NCBI GenBank assembly: GCA_021296065.1
Contig: JAGWBD010000013.1
Span: 731-64,730, forward strand
Length of the DNA stretch: 64,000 nt
Source of the DNA: Anaerolineae bacterium
Lineage (GTDB): Bacteria; Chloroflexota; Anaerolineae; Aggregatilineales; Phototrophicaceae
Direction: 5' to 3'
Part shown: positions 37,790-46,925 of the stretch, piece by piece
Position numbering within the stretch: position 1 is the stretch's first letter
How the letters are laid out: each line of letters starts with the position of its first letter
Notes under the pieces: generated by a model
The model's database searches: none
Told to the model about the DNA's origin: nothing
Seen by the model: only the letters and a program-made list of their open reading frames with translations
Made by a program: the position numbers and the translations under genes

Positions 37790-38683
37790 ATGACCTTCCG
37801 CCGCACCGGCATTCTGGCCCACCCGCGCCGCCCGCAGTCTGCGCCCGTCGCCAGGGACATCGCCGCCCTGCTGCGCGAGCGTGGTCTCAAGACCTGGGTA
37901 CGCGAGGTCTGGACGGAGGAAGATATTCAGGAGGAAGTAAAAGACTCGGACCTCGTGGTCGCCATCGGCGGCGACGGGGCCATGCTGCACGCCGCGCGCG
38001 TCTGCGCCGAACCCCGCGTGCCGGTGCTGGGCGTGAACATGGGCAATCTCGGCTTTCTGACCGAAATCATCAATCCGGACGATTTCCCGCAGCAAGTCGA
38101 CCGGCTGCTGGACGGCGATTTCTGGATTGAGCAGCGCATGATGATCCGCGCCCAGGTGCTGCGCGACGACGCGCTGCTGGCCAGCGAGGACGCGCTCAAC
38201 GACGTTGTCGTCAGCAGCAACCGGGTCACGACCACGGTGCGCATGGAAATGTACATCGACGGCGACTGGGCCACGACCTACACGGCGGACGCGCTCGTGA
38301 TTGCCACGGCAACCGGCGCCACCGCCTACGCCCTGGCCGCCGGCGGCCCCATCCTGCCACCGGAACTGCTCAACATCCTCGTCGTCCCGGTTGCGCCGCA
38401 CCTCAGCATGAACCGCCCCATCGTGCTCTCCCAGGGTTCCTTCGTCGACGTCCTTCCGGCCTCGGGCGATCGAAGTCCGGCGCTGCTGAGCGTCGACGGC
38501 CGTATTCTGCGCTCGCTGGAGCCGGACGAGCAGTTGCGCCTGCAGGCCAGTTCACGCGTCAGCCGCTTTGTGCGCATGCGCGATCGCAACTACTTCTATC
38601 GCTCGCTGCTGGATCGGCTGGAACCGCGCATCGACGCGCCGCCACCGCCGGCCCTGCCCCGGCGCGGCCTTGCCCCCCGGTGA
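37790..38683 (+). CDS. nadK: NAD kinase
   Basis: Motifs 'VVAIGGDGAML' and 'NMGNLGFLTE'. Confidence 0.93.
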   Translation: MTFRRTGILAHPRRPQSAPVARDIAALLRERGLKTWVREVWTEEDIQEEVKDSDLVVAIGGDGAMLHAARVCAEPRVPVLGVNMGNLGFLTEIINPDDFPQQVDRLLDGDFWIEQRMMIRAQVLRDDALLASEDALNDVVVSSNRVTTTVRMEMYIDGDWATTYTADALVIATATGATAYALAAGGPILPPELLNILVVPVAPHLSMNRPIVLSQGSFVDVLPASGDRSPALLSVDGRILRSLEPDEQLRLQASSRVSRFVRMRDRNYFYRSLLDRLEPRIDAPPPPALPRRGLAPR

Positions 38684-39168
38684 ACGCCATGAGCGAAGCG
38701 ACCTTTTGCGGGCAGCATCCGGAGCGTGAGACCAGCCTGCGCTGCAACCGCTGCGACCGCTACATGTGCCCCGCCTGCGCCGTGCAAACGCCGGTCGGCT
38801 ATCGCTGCCGCGAATGTGTGCGCGAGCAGGAGGACCACTTCTTCAGCGGCACCAATGCCGATTACGTGCTGGTCTTCGCCGTCAGTGCAGTCGGCGCGGC
38901 TCTGGCGCAGTTGCTCATCGGCCTCATTGGTGGTTTTCTGATACTGGCGATCCTGCTGGCCGTGCCAGCCGGTGGCGTCATCGCTACGCTGGCACTGCAA
39001 TTGAGCGGGCGCCGGCGCGGTCGCTGGTCCGGCCACGTGGCGGCGGCGGGCGTGGTGGCCGGCAGTTTGCTCTTCGCGTTGTTCCTGGGAGGCCTGGGAA
39101 TTCGGACCTTGCTCCTCGCCGGTATCATGACGGTCTCGGTCTTCGGCCGTTACCGCATGAGGATCTGA
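38680..39168 (+). CDS. Zinc-ribbon/B-box-like N-terminus + polytopic membrane protein
   Basis: Cys-rich 'CGQHPERETSLRCNRCDRYMCPACAVQTPVGYRCRECV' followed by 3-4 hydrophobic helices. GTGA overlap with the nadK stop. Confidence 0.6.
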   Translation: MNAMSEATFCGQHPERETSLRCNRCDRYMCPACAVQTPVGYRCRECVREQEDHFFSGTNADYVLVFAVSAVGAALAQLLIGLIGGFLILAILLAVPAGGVIATLALQLSGRRRGRWSGHVAAAGVVAGSLLFALFLGGLGIRTLLLAGIMTVSVFGRYRMRI

Positions 39169-39182
39169 ACCGGTACGCGCGC

Positions 39183-40928
39183 ATGCTTGAGGAACTGCAG
39201 ATCCGCAACCTGGCCGTCATTGAGGACCTGACGCTGGTCTTCGGGCCGGGTTTCAACGTCATCACCGGCGAGACCGGCGCCGGCAAGTCGCTGCTGGTCG
39301 ACGCGCTCGGCCTGGCGCTGGGCCGGCGGGCGGACCCCGTCCTCGTCCGCGCCGACGCCGAACGCCCCAGCCTCGAGGCCTTCTTCCGCCACGATGAGCC
39401 GACGCGCGCGCGCCTGGAGCCCCTGCTATGTGACGAGCAGCTGGACGACGAAGTCGGCACTTCGCTGCTGCTGACGCGCGACATCCGGCGCAACGGCCGC
39501 TCGACCGCGCGCGTCAACGGCATCGCCGTGCGCAGCGGCCTGCTCAGGGCCATCGGCGAGGAACTGGTGGACATCCACGGCCAGTCCGATCACCTCTCGC
39601 TGCTGCGGCCCGTCACCCACGTCGACCTGCTCGACCGGCACGCCAACCTGCTCGAACAACGCGCCAGGGTCGCGGCGCTGGTGCGTCGCCTGCAGGCGAC
39701 GCGCGCGCAACTGGGAAAACTGCGGCAGGATGAAGGCGAACGCGAACGCCGCGCCGATCAGCTGCGGCGCGAGATCGCGGAGATCGAGGCCGTGGCGCCG
39801 CAGCCCGACGAGGACCAGCGCCTGCGCCAGGAGAGCGCGCGACTCGGCAACAGCGAACAGCTGGCGCAACTGGGCGCCGACGCCTTGCGGGCGCTGGCCG
39901 GCGACGAGAGCGGCGCGCAAACGCCCGGCGCGCTGGAGCAACTGATGCAGGCCGAACAACTGCTGGCGCGCCTGGCGCGCATCGACCCGCAGCTGCAGGA
40001 GGGCCATGCCCTGGCCGACGCGCTGGCGCAGCAGGTGCAGGAACTGAGCGGCGCCCTGCAGGACTACGGCGGCCAGGTGGAACACAACCCGCAGCGTCTG
40101 GCGGAGGTGGAACAGCGCCTTGAGGCCATCAATGCCTTGCGCAGGCGCTTCGGCGCCAGCATCGAGGCCGTGCTGGCGCATGCCGACGAAGCGCGCGCGC
40201 AGCTCGACGCGCTCGAACACAACGAGGAGCAGCTGCAGGCCTGCCAGGCGGAGGAAGCCCGGCTGCTGGCCGACCTGGGACAGGCGGCAGCGGCGCTCAG
40301 CGCGTTGCGGCAGAAGGCCGGCCACAGCCTCGCGCGGCGGGTGATGACCGAGCTGGCCGACCTGCGCATGGGCGCCACGCGCTTCGAGGTCAGCATCACG
40401 CAGCAGGAGAGCGAGACGGGCTGCCCGGTCGACGAAAGACGTCTGCGCTTCGACGGCAAGGGCATCGACCAGCTGCAGTTCCTGATGAGCGCCAACCCCG
40501 GCCAGCCCACGCAGCCGCTGGCGAAAGTCGCCTCCGGCGGCGAGGCGGCGCGCCTCATGCTGGCGCTCAAGCACGTGCTGGCCCGCGCGGACCGCACCCC
40601 TACCCTGATCTTCGACGAAATCGACCAGGGCATCGGCGGACGCGTGGGCGCCGTGGCGGGCCACAAGTTGCGCTCGCTGGGCGACGCTCACCAGGTGCTG
40701 GCCGTCACACATCTGGCCCAGCTGGCCGCCTGCGCCGACCGGCACTACCGCGTTGACAAGGACCCGGCGGACCGACAGACCCGCGCCTCGGTGCAACGCC
40801 TGCAGGACGATGAAGCGCGCGTCAGCGAGCTGGCGGCGATGCTGGGCGCCGCCGGCGACAGCGGCCACCAAACGGCCCGCGAGTTGTTGCAGGCTGCCGC
40901 AAGGCCCGCTTCCCGCGACGCGCAATGA
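39183..40928 (+). CDS. recN: DNA repair protein RecN
   Basis: Motif 'MLEELQIRNLAVIEDL...ITGETGAGKS', a long coiled coil, and the C-terminal 'IFDEIDQGIGG' block. Confidence 0.95.
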   Translation: MLEELQIRNLAVIEDLTLVFGPGFNVITGETGAGKSLLVDALGLALGRRADPVLVRADAERPSLEAFFRHDEPTRARLEPLLCDEQLDDEVGTSLLLTRDIRRNGRSTARVNGIAVRSGLLRAIGEELVDIHGQSDHLSLLRPVTHVDLLDRHANLLEQRARVAALVRRLQATRAQLGKLRQDEGERERRADQLRREIAEIEAVAPQPDEDQRLRQESARLGNSEQLAQLGADALRALAGDESGAQTPGALEQLMQAEQLLARLARIDPQLQEGHALADALAQQVQELSGALQDYGGQVEHNPQRLAEVEQRLEAINALRRRFGASIEAVLAHADEARAQLDALEHNEEQLQACQAEEARLLADLGQAAAALSALRQKAGHSLARRVMTELADLRMGATRFEVSITQQESETGCPVDERRLRFDGKGIDQLQFLMSANPGQPTQPLAKVASGGEAARLMLALKHVLARADRTPTLIFDEIDQGIGGRVGAVAGHKLRSLGDAHQVLAVTHLAQLAACADRHYRVDKDPADRQTRASVQRLQDDEARVSELAAMLGAAGDSGHQTARELLQAAARPASRDAQ

Positions 40929-40967
40929 GGACTACAATACTGCTGGCAGGTAACGTGGAGAACGCAC

Positions 40968-42167
40968 ATGACGCTCATCGGGCATGACGAAGCCATCGTC
41001 GATTTCGACGAGATTATCGACCGCCGCAACTCGGACAGCGCCAAATGGAACCGCTACGACGAGGACGTCATTCCGGCCTGGACGGCCGACATGGACTTTC
41101 TCTCGCCGCCGGCCGTCACCGCGGCCCTGCAGCGGCGCGTCGCCCACGGCGTCTTCGGCTACAGCGCCGCGGGCCGCTTCGACACCAGTGGCGGATTGCT
41201 GGAGGCGGTCAGCGAGCGCTATCGCCAGCGCCATGGCCTCGATTGCGCGCCCGATGACGTGCTGATCGTGCCGGGCGTGGTCAGCGGCCTTTACGCCATG
41301 AGCCAGTTCATCGCCAGCGATGAAAGCATCCTGATCCAGACGCCCAACTACTGGCCCTTCTTCAGCGCCGCCGAGACCGCCGCGCGCGCCACTGTGAGCG
41401 CGCCGCTGGTCGCCTGTCAGGAAGGTGCGCTGGACCGCTACGAGATCGACTTCGACGCCCTTGAGGCGGCCATCCAGCCACAGACGCGCATGCTGATGTT
41501 CTGCAACCCGCACAACCCCGTCGGGCGCGCCTACCGCCGCGACGAACTGGAACGCATCGCCGACATTTGCCTGCGGCATCGCCTGATCATCTGCTCCGAC
41601 GAAATCCACGCCGGCCTGACCTACCCGCAGTTCGAACACCACGCCATCGCCGGCATCGACCCCGAAGTCGCCGCCTGCACCGTCACGCTCAACTCCTCCA
41701 CCAAGTCCTACAACCTGGCCGGTTTCAAGCTGGGCGTGGCCATCACCAGCAATCCGGAGATGCGGGAGTGGCTGGGCGCGTACTACCGAAGAGTGGGCGT
41801 ATATTCCGTATCGGCGCTGGGCCTGGTCGCCGCCGAGGCAGCCTTCCGTCACGGCCAGCCCTGGCTGGATTCGCTGCTGGCCTACCTGCAGGACAATCGT
41901 GACTACGCCATCGACTTTGTGCTGCGTGAAATGCCGGCGCTTCGCCCCACCTGCCCCGAGGCGACCTATCTGCTGCTGCTGGACTGCGCGGCGACGCCTT
42001 TCGCCGCCGACCCCGTGCAGTTTTTCCTCGACGAAGCGCGCGTGGCGCTCAGTGGCAACTTCGGCCCGCAGGGCTATCCCAACCTGGCGCGGCTGAACTT
42101 CGGCTGCCCGCGCGCCACCTTGAGCGAAATACTGGAACGCATGGCCGCGGCTTACGACCGCGCCTGA
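40968..42167 (+). CDS. patB: MalY/PatB-family PLP-dependent C-S lyase (aminotransferase class I/II)
   Basis: Motifs 'RRNSDSAKWNRY...VIPAWTADMDF' and 'SSTKSYNLAG' (PLP Lys). Confidence 0.85.
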   Translation: MTLIGHDEAIVDFDEIIDRRNSDSAKWNRYDEDVIPAWTADMDFLSPPAVTAALQRRVAHGVFGYSAAGRFDTSGGLLEAVSERYRQRHGLDCAPDDVLIVPGVVSGLYAMSQFIASDESILIQTPNYWPFFSAAETAARATVSAPLVACQEGALDRYEIDFDALEAAIQPQTRMLMFCNPHNPVGRAYRRDELERIADICLRHRLIICSDEIHAGLTYPQFEHHAIAGIDPEVAACTVTLNSSTKSYNLAGFKLGVAITSNPEMREWLGAYYRRVGVYSVSALGLVAAEAAFRHGQPWLDSLLAYLQDNRDYAIDFVLREMPALRPTCPEATYLLLLDCAATPFAADPVQFFLDEARVALSGNFGPQGYPNLARLNFGCPRATLSEILERMAAAYDRA

Positions 42168-42170
42168 ACT

Positions 42171-43532
42171 TCAGGAACGCAGCGCCTTCTCCAGGGAGGC
42201 GAGCAGGTCTTCCTCCTCGTCCGGCAGCACTGTGCGCGGGTCGAGCAGGACGCGGCCCCCGGCGATGCGCGCGATGACCGGCGGCTGCGCCGCCCGCAGT
42301 TGCGCCAGCAGTGCGTCAGGCTGCGCCACATCCAGCGCCAGCGTCCAGGTCGGCAGAGTTGCGCCGGGCAGTGAACCGCCGCCCACCGCCGACTCGCCCG
42401 CCAGCACCTCACCTCCAAGACGTTGCGACCAGGCTTCGGCGACACCCCGCAGTTCCTGCGCCTCGCGCGCGATCATGCGCCAGATCGGAATCTGCGTCAG
42501 CGCCTGGCCGCGCAACCACAGGTCAAGCGTGGCCGACAGCCCCGCCAGGCAAAGCTTGTCGGCGCGCAGGGCCCGCGCCAGCGGGTGGCGCTTCAGGGCC
42601 GCCAGCGGCTCCGCCCGACCGACGATGATTCCCGCCTGCGGGCCGCCCGCCAGCTTGTCGCCGCTGAAGGCCACCAGGTCCGCGCCCGCCGCCAGGCTCT
42701 CCATAACGGTCGGTTCGTGCAGCAGGCCGAAGGCCTCCGTATCCAGCAGCGCGCCGCTGCCGAGATCGTCGACCAGCAGGAGTCCCCTCTCGCGGGCCAG
42801 TTGGGCCAGTTCGTCCAGCGGCACCTCTGCGGTGAAGCCACTCATGCGGAAGTTGGAAGCGTGGGCGCGCATCAGCAGGGCCGTGTCGGGCCCGATGGCG
42901 CGCTCGTAATCGCTGCGGCGCGTGCGGTTGGTGGTGCCGACCTCGACCAGCCGCGCCCCGGCGCCGGCCATCACCTCCGGCACGCGAAAGCCGCCGCCGA
43001 TCTCAATCAACTGGCCGCGGCTGATGATCACTTCCCGCCCCTGCGCGAGGGTCGCCAGCAGCAGCACCAGGGCGGCCGCGTTGTTGTTGACCACCAGAGC
43101 CGCTTCCGCCCCGGTCAACTCGCAGAGGACGTCCTCGCAATGCTTCAGGCGGCTGCCGCGCGCGCCGCGCTCGAGGTCGTATTCCAGCGTGCTGTAACGC
43201 CCGCCGACCTCCGCCATGGTCTGGATGGCCGCCGGCGCCAGAGGCGCCCGCCCCAGATTGGTATGCAGGATGACGCCGCTGGCGTTGATCACCGGGCGCA
43301 GGCCGGGCAGAAAGCGACGCGCCAGTTGCGCGGCGGCGCGCTCCAGCAGACTTTTTCGGGTGGGTTCAGGTCCGTCACCGGCGCGGAGCTCGTTGCGCGT
43401 CTGTTGCAAACTGTCGCGCAGGGCCGCCAGGGTCGCATTGCGGCCGTATTGCGCGCAGAGCGCCCGGGCCTGCGCCTCCCCAAGCAGCGCGTCCACCGCC
43501 GGCAGGCGGCGCAGCGCGTCAGCGCCGTTCAC
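42171..43532 (-). CDS. selA: L-seryl-tRNA(Sec) selenium transferase
   Basis: Motifs 'LRRLPAVDALL' and 'FSGDKLAGGPQAGIIVG' (PLP Lys). GTG start overlaps the upstream gene by 14 nt. Confidence 0.9.
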   Translation of the reverse strand: MNGADALRRLPAVDALLGEAQARALCAQYGRNATLAALRDSLQQTRNELRAGDGPEPTRKSLLERAAAQLARRFLPGLRPVINASGVILHTNLGRAPLAPAAIQTMAEVGGRYSTLEYDLERGARGSRLKHCEDVLCELTGAEAALVVNNNAAALVLLLATLAQGREVIISRGQLIEIGGGFRVPEVMAGAGARLVEVGTTNRTRRSDYERAIGPDTALLMRAHASNFRMSGFTAEVPLDELAQLARERGLLLVDDLGSGALLDTEAFGLLHEPTVMESLAAGADLVAFSGDKLAGGPQAGIIVGRAEPLAALKRHPLARALRADKLCLAGLSATLDLWLRGQALTQIPIWRMIAREAQELRGVAEAWSQRLGGEVLAGESAVGGGSLPGATLPTWTLALDVAQPDALLAQLRAAQPPVIARIAGGRVLLDPRTVLPDEEEDLLASLEKALRS

Positions 43533-43929
43533 TGGCCAGCTCCCGGCCGCGCAGGATGATTTCCAGGATGATGAAGACCAGCGCCACCAGCAGCACCACG
43601 TGCAGTTGCAGGGCGCGCGGGATTTGCAACCAGACGCAGATCACCACAAATAGCCCGATCCACACGCTCTGCCGCACCAGCACCACAGCGGGCGGCAGGG
43701 GCGACGTGCGCGGCGTGAAGCGCGCGTTGAGCATGCGCACCAGAGGCAAGGCCGTGCCGGTGACGGCGACCTGCAGCAACACGAAGAAGACCCAGCGCGG
43801 CCCCACCCGCGGCGTCGTGCTGAGGACCAGCAGATAGATGCCGCCCCAGCCGACCAGCAGCATCAGCAGGGCGGCGATCAACACGCCGAGGTGGTCGGCC
43901 GGGAAGCGTCGCCTGCGCGGCTCATTCAT
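43519..43929 (-). CDS. Hypothetical 4-TM membrane protein
   Basis: 136 aa starting from ATG 43929 (MNEPRRRRF...), with four hydrophobic helices. Confidence 0.55.
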   Translation of the reverse strand: MNEPRRRRFPADHLGVLIAALLMLLVGWGGIYLLVLSTTPRVGPRWVFFVLLQVAVTGTALPLVRMLNARFTPRTSPLPPAVVLVRQSVWIGLFVVICVWLQIPRALQLHVVLLVALVFIILEIILRGRELASERR

Positions 43930-43961
43930 GCCGTCCAGTATAGCGATCGACGTCCAGGCTG

Positions 43962-44387
43962 TCAGCGCGCCTCCGCTTCCGGCAACTCCAGCAGATGCTG
44001 CGCCAGCGCCTGCAGTTGCGTCTGCAGGTCGGGCGCGCGGGACAGCGCGGCGGCCAGTTTCTGCAGGCGAAAGCTGTCGTCGAGGCAATTGGCGCGCAAC
44101 ACGCCCAGGCTCTCGTCGCCAAAGCGTCGCCGCAAATGCGGGAACTCCTCGTCGAGGTGGTAACGCAGCGCGGCCAGGATCAGTTGCATGCTCATCTCAC
44201 GCCGGTCGATGCGCAGGCGCAGGCCCTCCGGCGCGATGCCCTCGCGCGCTGCCAGGGACTCAATCGCCGTCAATTGTTCACAGGCCGACACCCGCCAGCG
44301 CTCAATGGCATCCGCCCTCGCCGGATCATTGCGCAGCGTGCGCAACAGGGCCACGACGAGGGCCCGCAGCACGCGACGCGCCTTCAT
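43962..44387 (-). CDS. Hypothetical helical protein (141 aa)
   Basis: ATGA overlap with the upstream CAP/LysM gene. No motif recognised. Confidence 0.5.
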   Translation of the reverse strand: MKARRVLRALVVALLRTLRNDPARADAIERWRVSACEQLTAIESLAAREGIAPEGLRLRIDRREMSMQLILAALRYHLDEEFPHLRRRFGDESLGVLRANCLDDSFRLQKLAAALSRAPDLQTQLQALAQHLLELPEAEAR

Positions 44388-45361
44388 CGCCGCCGCCACA
44401 GGACGAAGACGATGACGGCCAGACCCAGCAGCGCGGCCTGGGCGCCCAGCGCCAGGATCACCCACAGCGGCGCATTGCCGCTCCCCTGCCCGGACGCCTG
44501 CGGCGCGAACGTGGCGCGTCCGGACGGCGGGCGGGCGGCTGTGACGAGGTCCGGCGGCAGGCTCTCGCTGGTGGCGACCGCTGGCCGCGTCGCCGTGGAC
44601 GTCGCCACAGGGGTCAGCGCCGTCGTGGGCGTGGCCGTCGTAACCGGCGTGCCGGGCGTGGGCGTGTAGGTGCCGTCGGCGGGCGGCACGAGGAAGATCT
44701 CGCCCGGCTTCAGCAGGTTGTCATTCTCTTCCATCCCGTTGATCGTGCGCATGTAGGGCAGGTCGTCCCAGGAGTAGCCATAAATCAGCGCGATCAGGCC
44801 GAGGGTGTCTTCGGGCTGGATGCGGTGCATGATGAAGCCGCGCGGGTCCCGGCCGACCACGTAGGAGGGCGGCCCGGCGGGCGCGCTGCGGCCCGGCGCG
44901 ACCGGCGCGCCGCCCGGATTGCCGAAGACGATCACGAAGGCCGTGCGTCCGCGGCCGGTGCCGGCGTAGCCAATGCCCATCTCCTGCAGGTAGGGACCAA
45001 CCAGCGTATCGTAGTGAATTTTGGAGCCGAGCCAGAAGTTCCAGGCGCTTTGGACGCTGGCGCCCATGTAAATGATCTCCGCCACCCAGGTGGTGGGGTA
45101 ACCGGCATTGCGGGTGCGCGCGCGCAGGTCGGTGCCGTCGGGACGGGTGTGACGGATCAGGCCGGTTTCGGCCATCCAGCGCGCCTGACTGCGCGCCGCA
45201 ATACCCAGCGCGTTGTTGAGACGCATGGCCGGCAGGCCCTGCGACGCCCGCAGTCTGTTGACGCGCTGCGCCAGGTCCGCACCGGGGTCCTGGGCCTGCA
45301 AGGTTGCGGCCCCGATGAGCAGCGCCGCAAGCAACAGGCAGCGTCGAAACATGACATACAT
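44384..45361 (-). CDS. CAP (SCP/PR-1)-domain + LysM-domain protein with Thr/Pro linker and C-terminal TM anchor
   Basis: Signal peptide, CAP-like 'NNALGIAARSQARWMAETG...H', LysM-like 'HRIQPEDTLGLIALIYGYSWDDL...NLLKPGEIFLVP', and TM 'LWVILALGAQAALLGLAVIVFVLW'. Confidence 0.7.
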   Translation of the reverse strand: MYVMFRRCLLLAALLIGAATLQAQDPGADLAQRVNRLRASQGLPAMRLNNALGIAARSQARWMAETGLIRHTRPDGTDLRARTRNAGYPTTWVAEIIYMGASVQSAWNFWLGSKIHYDTLVGPYLQEMGIGYAGTGRGRTAFVIVFGNPGGAPVAPGRSAPAGPPSYVVGRDPRGFIMHRIQPEDTLGLIALIYGYSWDDLPYMRTINGMEENDNLLKPGEIFLVPPADGTYTPTPGTPVTTATPTTALTPVATSTATRPAVATSESLPPDLVTAARPPSGRATFAPQASGQGSGNAPLWVILALGAQAALLGLAVIVFVLWRRR

Positions 45362-45385
45362 TCTAACACGCGCCAGGGCCGCGGC

Positions 45386-45391
45386 TATAAT
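45386..45391 (+). promoter_or_regulatory. Candidate -10 TATAAT upstream of the SLATT-like gene pair
   Basis: Lies 40 nt upstream of ATG 45431, with GGAGA as a possible RBS at 45416-45420. Confidence 0.35.
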
Positions 45392-45430
45392 GACCGAACA
45401 GCGTCAGGCCATCCAGGAGACCTTGTTGCA

Positions 45431-46081
45431 ATGAGACCGGCTGTGGAGGGGCGCGCCCCGGCCAGCCAGGGCGGGAGTTTCTTCCGCCGTCATTTACCCG
45501 TCTGGCTGCGCGAAATGCCGCGCTACGGACCCTTCCGTCCGGCCCGGCCGGACCCTCACTTCAGGCTGCTGGACCCCGACCAGCTGGAGCATGTTTTGCA
45601 GGGCGTGCCGGAAGTCGTGCGTCAGGAGATTCACGAGGACGTCGACTACCTCGAATACGAGGTGCTGCGCCTCTTTCGCGAGCGCGATCATCGCGCCAAG
45701 ATGCAGCAGAACCGCTATCGCCGCCAGCAAATCAACTTCCTGCTGCTGGCCATTCTCTCCACCCTGGTCGGCTCCCTGCAACTGATCGCGCTCTCCACCC
45801 AGCCGCAGCAGATGCCGGTCTTCGCTTTCATCGAGACGGTGATCTCCCTGCTGACGGCCTTCCTTGCGGCCGTCGGCGGGCGCGAACCGCCGCAGGAGCA
45901 ATGGCTGCTCAACCGGCGCCGCGCCGAGGAACTGCGCCGCGAATACTTTCGCTTCCTGACCCGCGTGCCGCCCTATGACGAGATCGGCGGTTACCAGCGC
46001 CGCATGCTGCTGGCGCAGCGCGCCGCCGAGATCAACCGCGGCCTGCAGCCGCGCGATGCTGCCACGGGAGCGACGACCTGA
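45431..46081 (+). CDS. SLATT/DUF4231-like 2-TM protein
   Basis: This is the last 216 codons of track ORF 43838-46081. The pattern is helix-'RYRRQQINFLLLAILSTLVGSL'-short loop-'VFAFIETVISLLTAFLAAV'-'WLLNRRRAEELRREYFRFL'. Confidence 0.6.
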   Translation: MRPAVEGRAPASQGGSFFRRHLPVWLREMPRYGPFRPARPDPHFRLLDPDQLEHVLQGVPEVVRQEIHEDVDYLEYEVLRLFRERDHRAKMQQNRYRRQQINFLLLAILSTLVGSLQLIALSTQPQQMPVFAFIETVISLLTAFLAAVGGREPPQEQWLLNRRRAEELRREYFRFLTRVPPYDEIGGYQRRMLLAQRAAEINRGLQPRDAATGATT

Positions 46082-46917
46082 TGCCGCCCGAACAGCTCGA
46101 ACGCATGCGGCTGCGCGCCGCCTACCGCCTCTTCCAGTGGTTTTCGCTGGAAGACCAGCGCAATTTCTGGCAACGCGCCGCCGGCCAGTACCGTCGCGCC
46201 GGCAACCAGGTCAATTTCATCGTGGCCGTCTTCGCCTTCATCGCCGGCCTGGCCGCCGCGCTGGCCGGTCTGTTGGCCACCGGCTGGCTGGTGCCGGGCT
46301 CCTTCGCCAACAACGGCGCCTGCGCCGAACTGGCGGACAGCCAGGGGCTGGTGCGCAGCATGCAGCAACTGGGGCTCATCGAACAGGCGGGTGGCGAAGA
46401 CGACGCGCTGCAGGAATTCGGCGAGTTGCTGGCCACCTCACCCATCGCCCAGGCGCGCGTGGATGGCATGGAATTTATCACCGCCCTGAACGACATGGCC
46501 GGCATCGACGGCGACGAATGCAGCACCGTGCACTCCCTGACGAACCTGCTGATGCTGGTCGCCGTGGTCGCGCCCGCCGTCGGCGGCGCCTTCACCACCC
46601 TCACCGGCCTCTACCAATGGGACCGCTCGGCCAACATTTACGAGAGCGCGCTGGAGAGCCTCGAAGTGGCCGATTCGCAGTCGCCGCTGGACGACATGGA
46701 TACACTGACCTATCGCGCCGCCCTGCGCGCCTACGTGGAGAACACACTGCAGGTGATGAGCGACGAGTCCGCCCAGTGGGGCCAGTCGGTGCGTCCTCCG
46801 GCGCAACTGGAGCAATTCCTGAGTGAGGAACGCGAGAAGGCCCTGCGCGCCACGCGCCTGGGCAATGCCTGGGACCTCGGCGGGGACGACGACGGGGGTA
46901 TTGGCCCGCTCGGCTGA
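46081..46917 (+). CDS. SLATT-like 2-TM protein with a long inter-TM insertion
   Basis: TGATG overlap with the upstream gene. 'YRRAGNQVNFIVAVFAFIAGLAAALAGLL' is followed by an ~85-aa loop, then 'LLMLVAVVAPAVGGAFTTLTGL' and 'YQWDRSANIYESALESLE'. Confidence 0.5.
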   Translation: MPPEQLERMRLRAAYRLFQWFSLEDQRNFWQRAAGQYRRAGNQVNFIVAVFAFIAGLAAALAGLLATGWLVPGSFANNGACAELADSQGLVRSMQQLGLIEQAGGEDDALQEFGELLATSPIAQARVDGMEFITALNDMAGIDGDECSTVHSLTNLLMLVAVVAPAVGGAFTTLTGLYQWDRSANIYESALESLEVADSQSPLDDMDTLTYRAALRAYVENTLQVMSDESAQWGQSVRPPAQLEQFLSEEREKALRATRLGNAWDLGGDDDGGIGPLG

Positions 46918-46925
46918 GCCTTTAC

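Noticed and set aside
42171-43532. Selenoprotein gene with an in-frame TGA somewhere in the window, prompted by the presence of selA
   Set aside because: I looked for adjacent same-frame ORF pairs split by TGA within recognisable families (formate dehydrogenase, glycine reductase, peroxiredoxin-like) and found none. This does not exclude selenoproteins elsewhere.
43838-46081. 747-aa ORF on the plus strand, the longest ORF in the track
   Set aside because: Only its last 216 codons (45431-46081) look like a real protein (2-TM SLATT-like). The upstream 1.6 kb is Arg/Ala/Gly/Pro-rich low-complexity sequence lying antisense to three well-supported minus-strand genes. That pattern is typical of open frames in GC-rich DNA.
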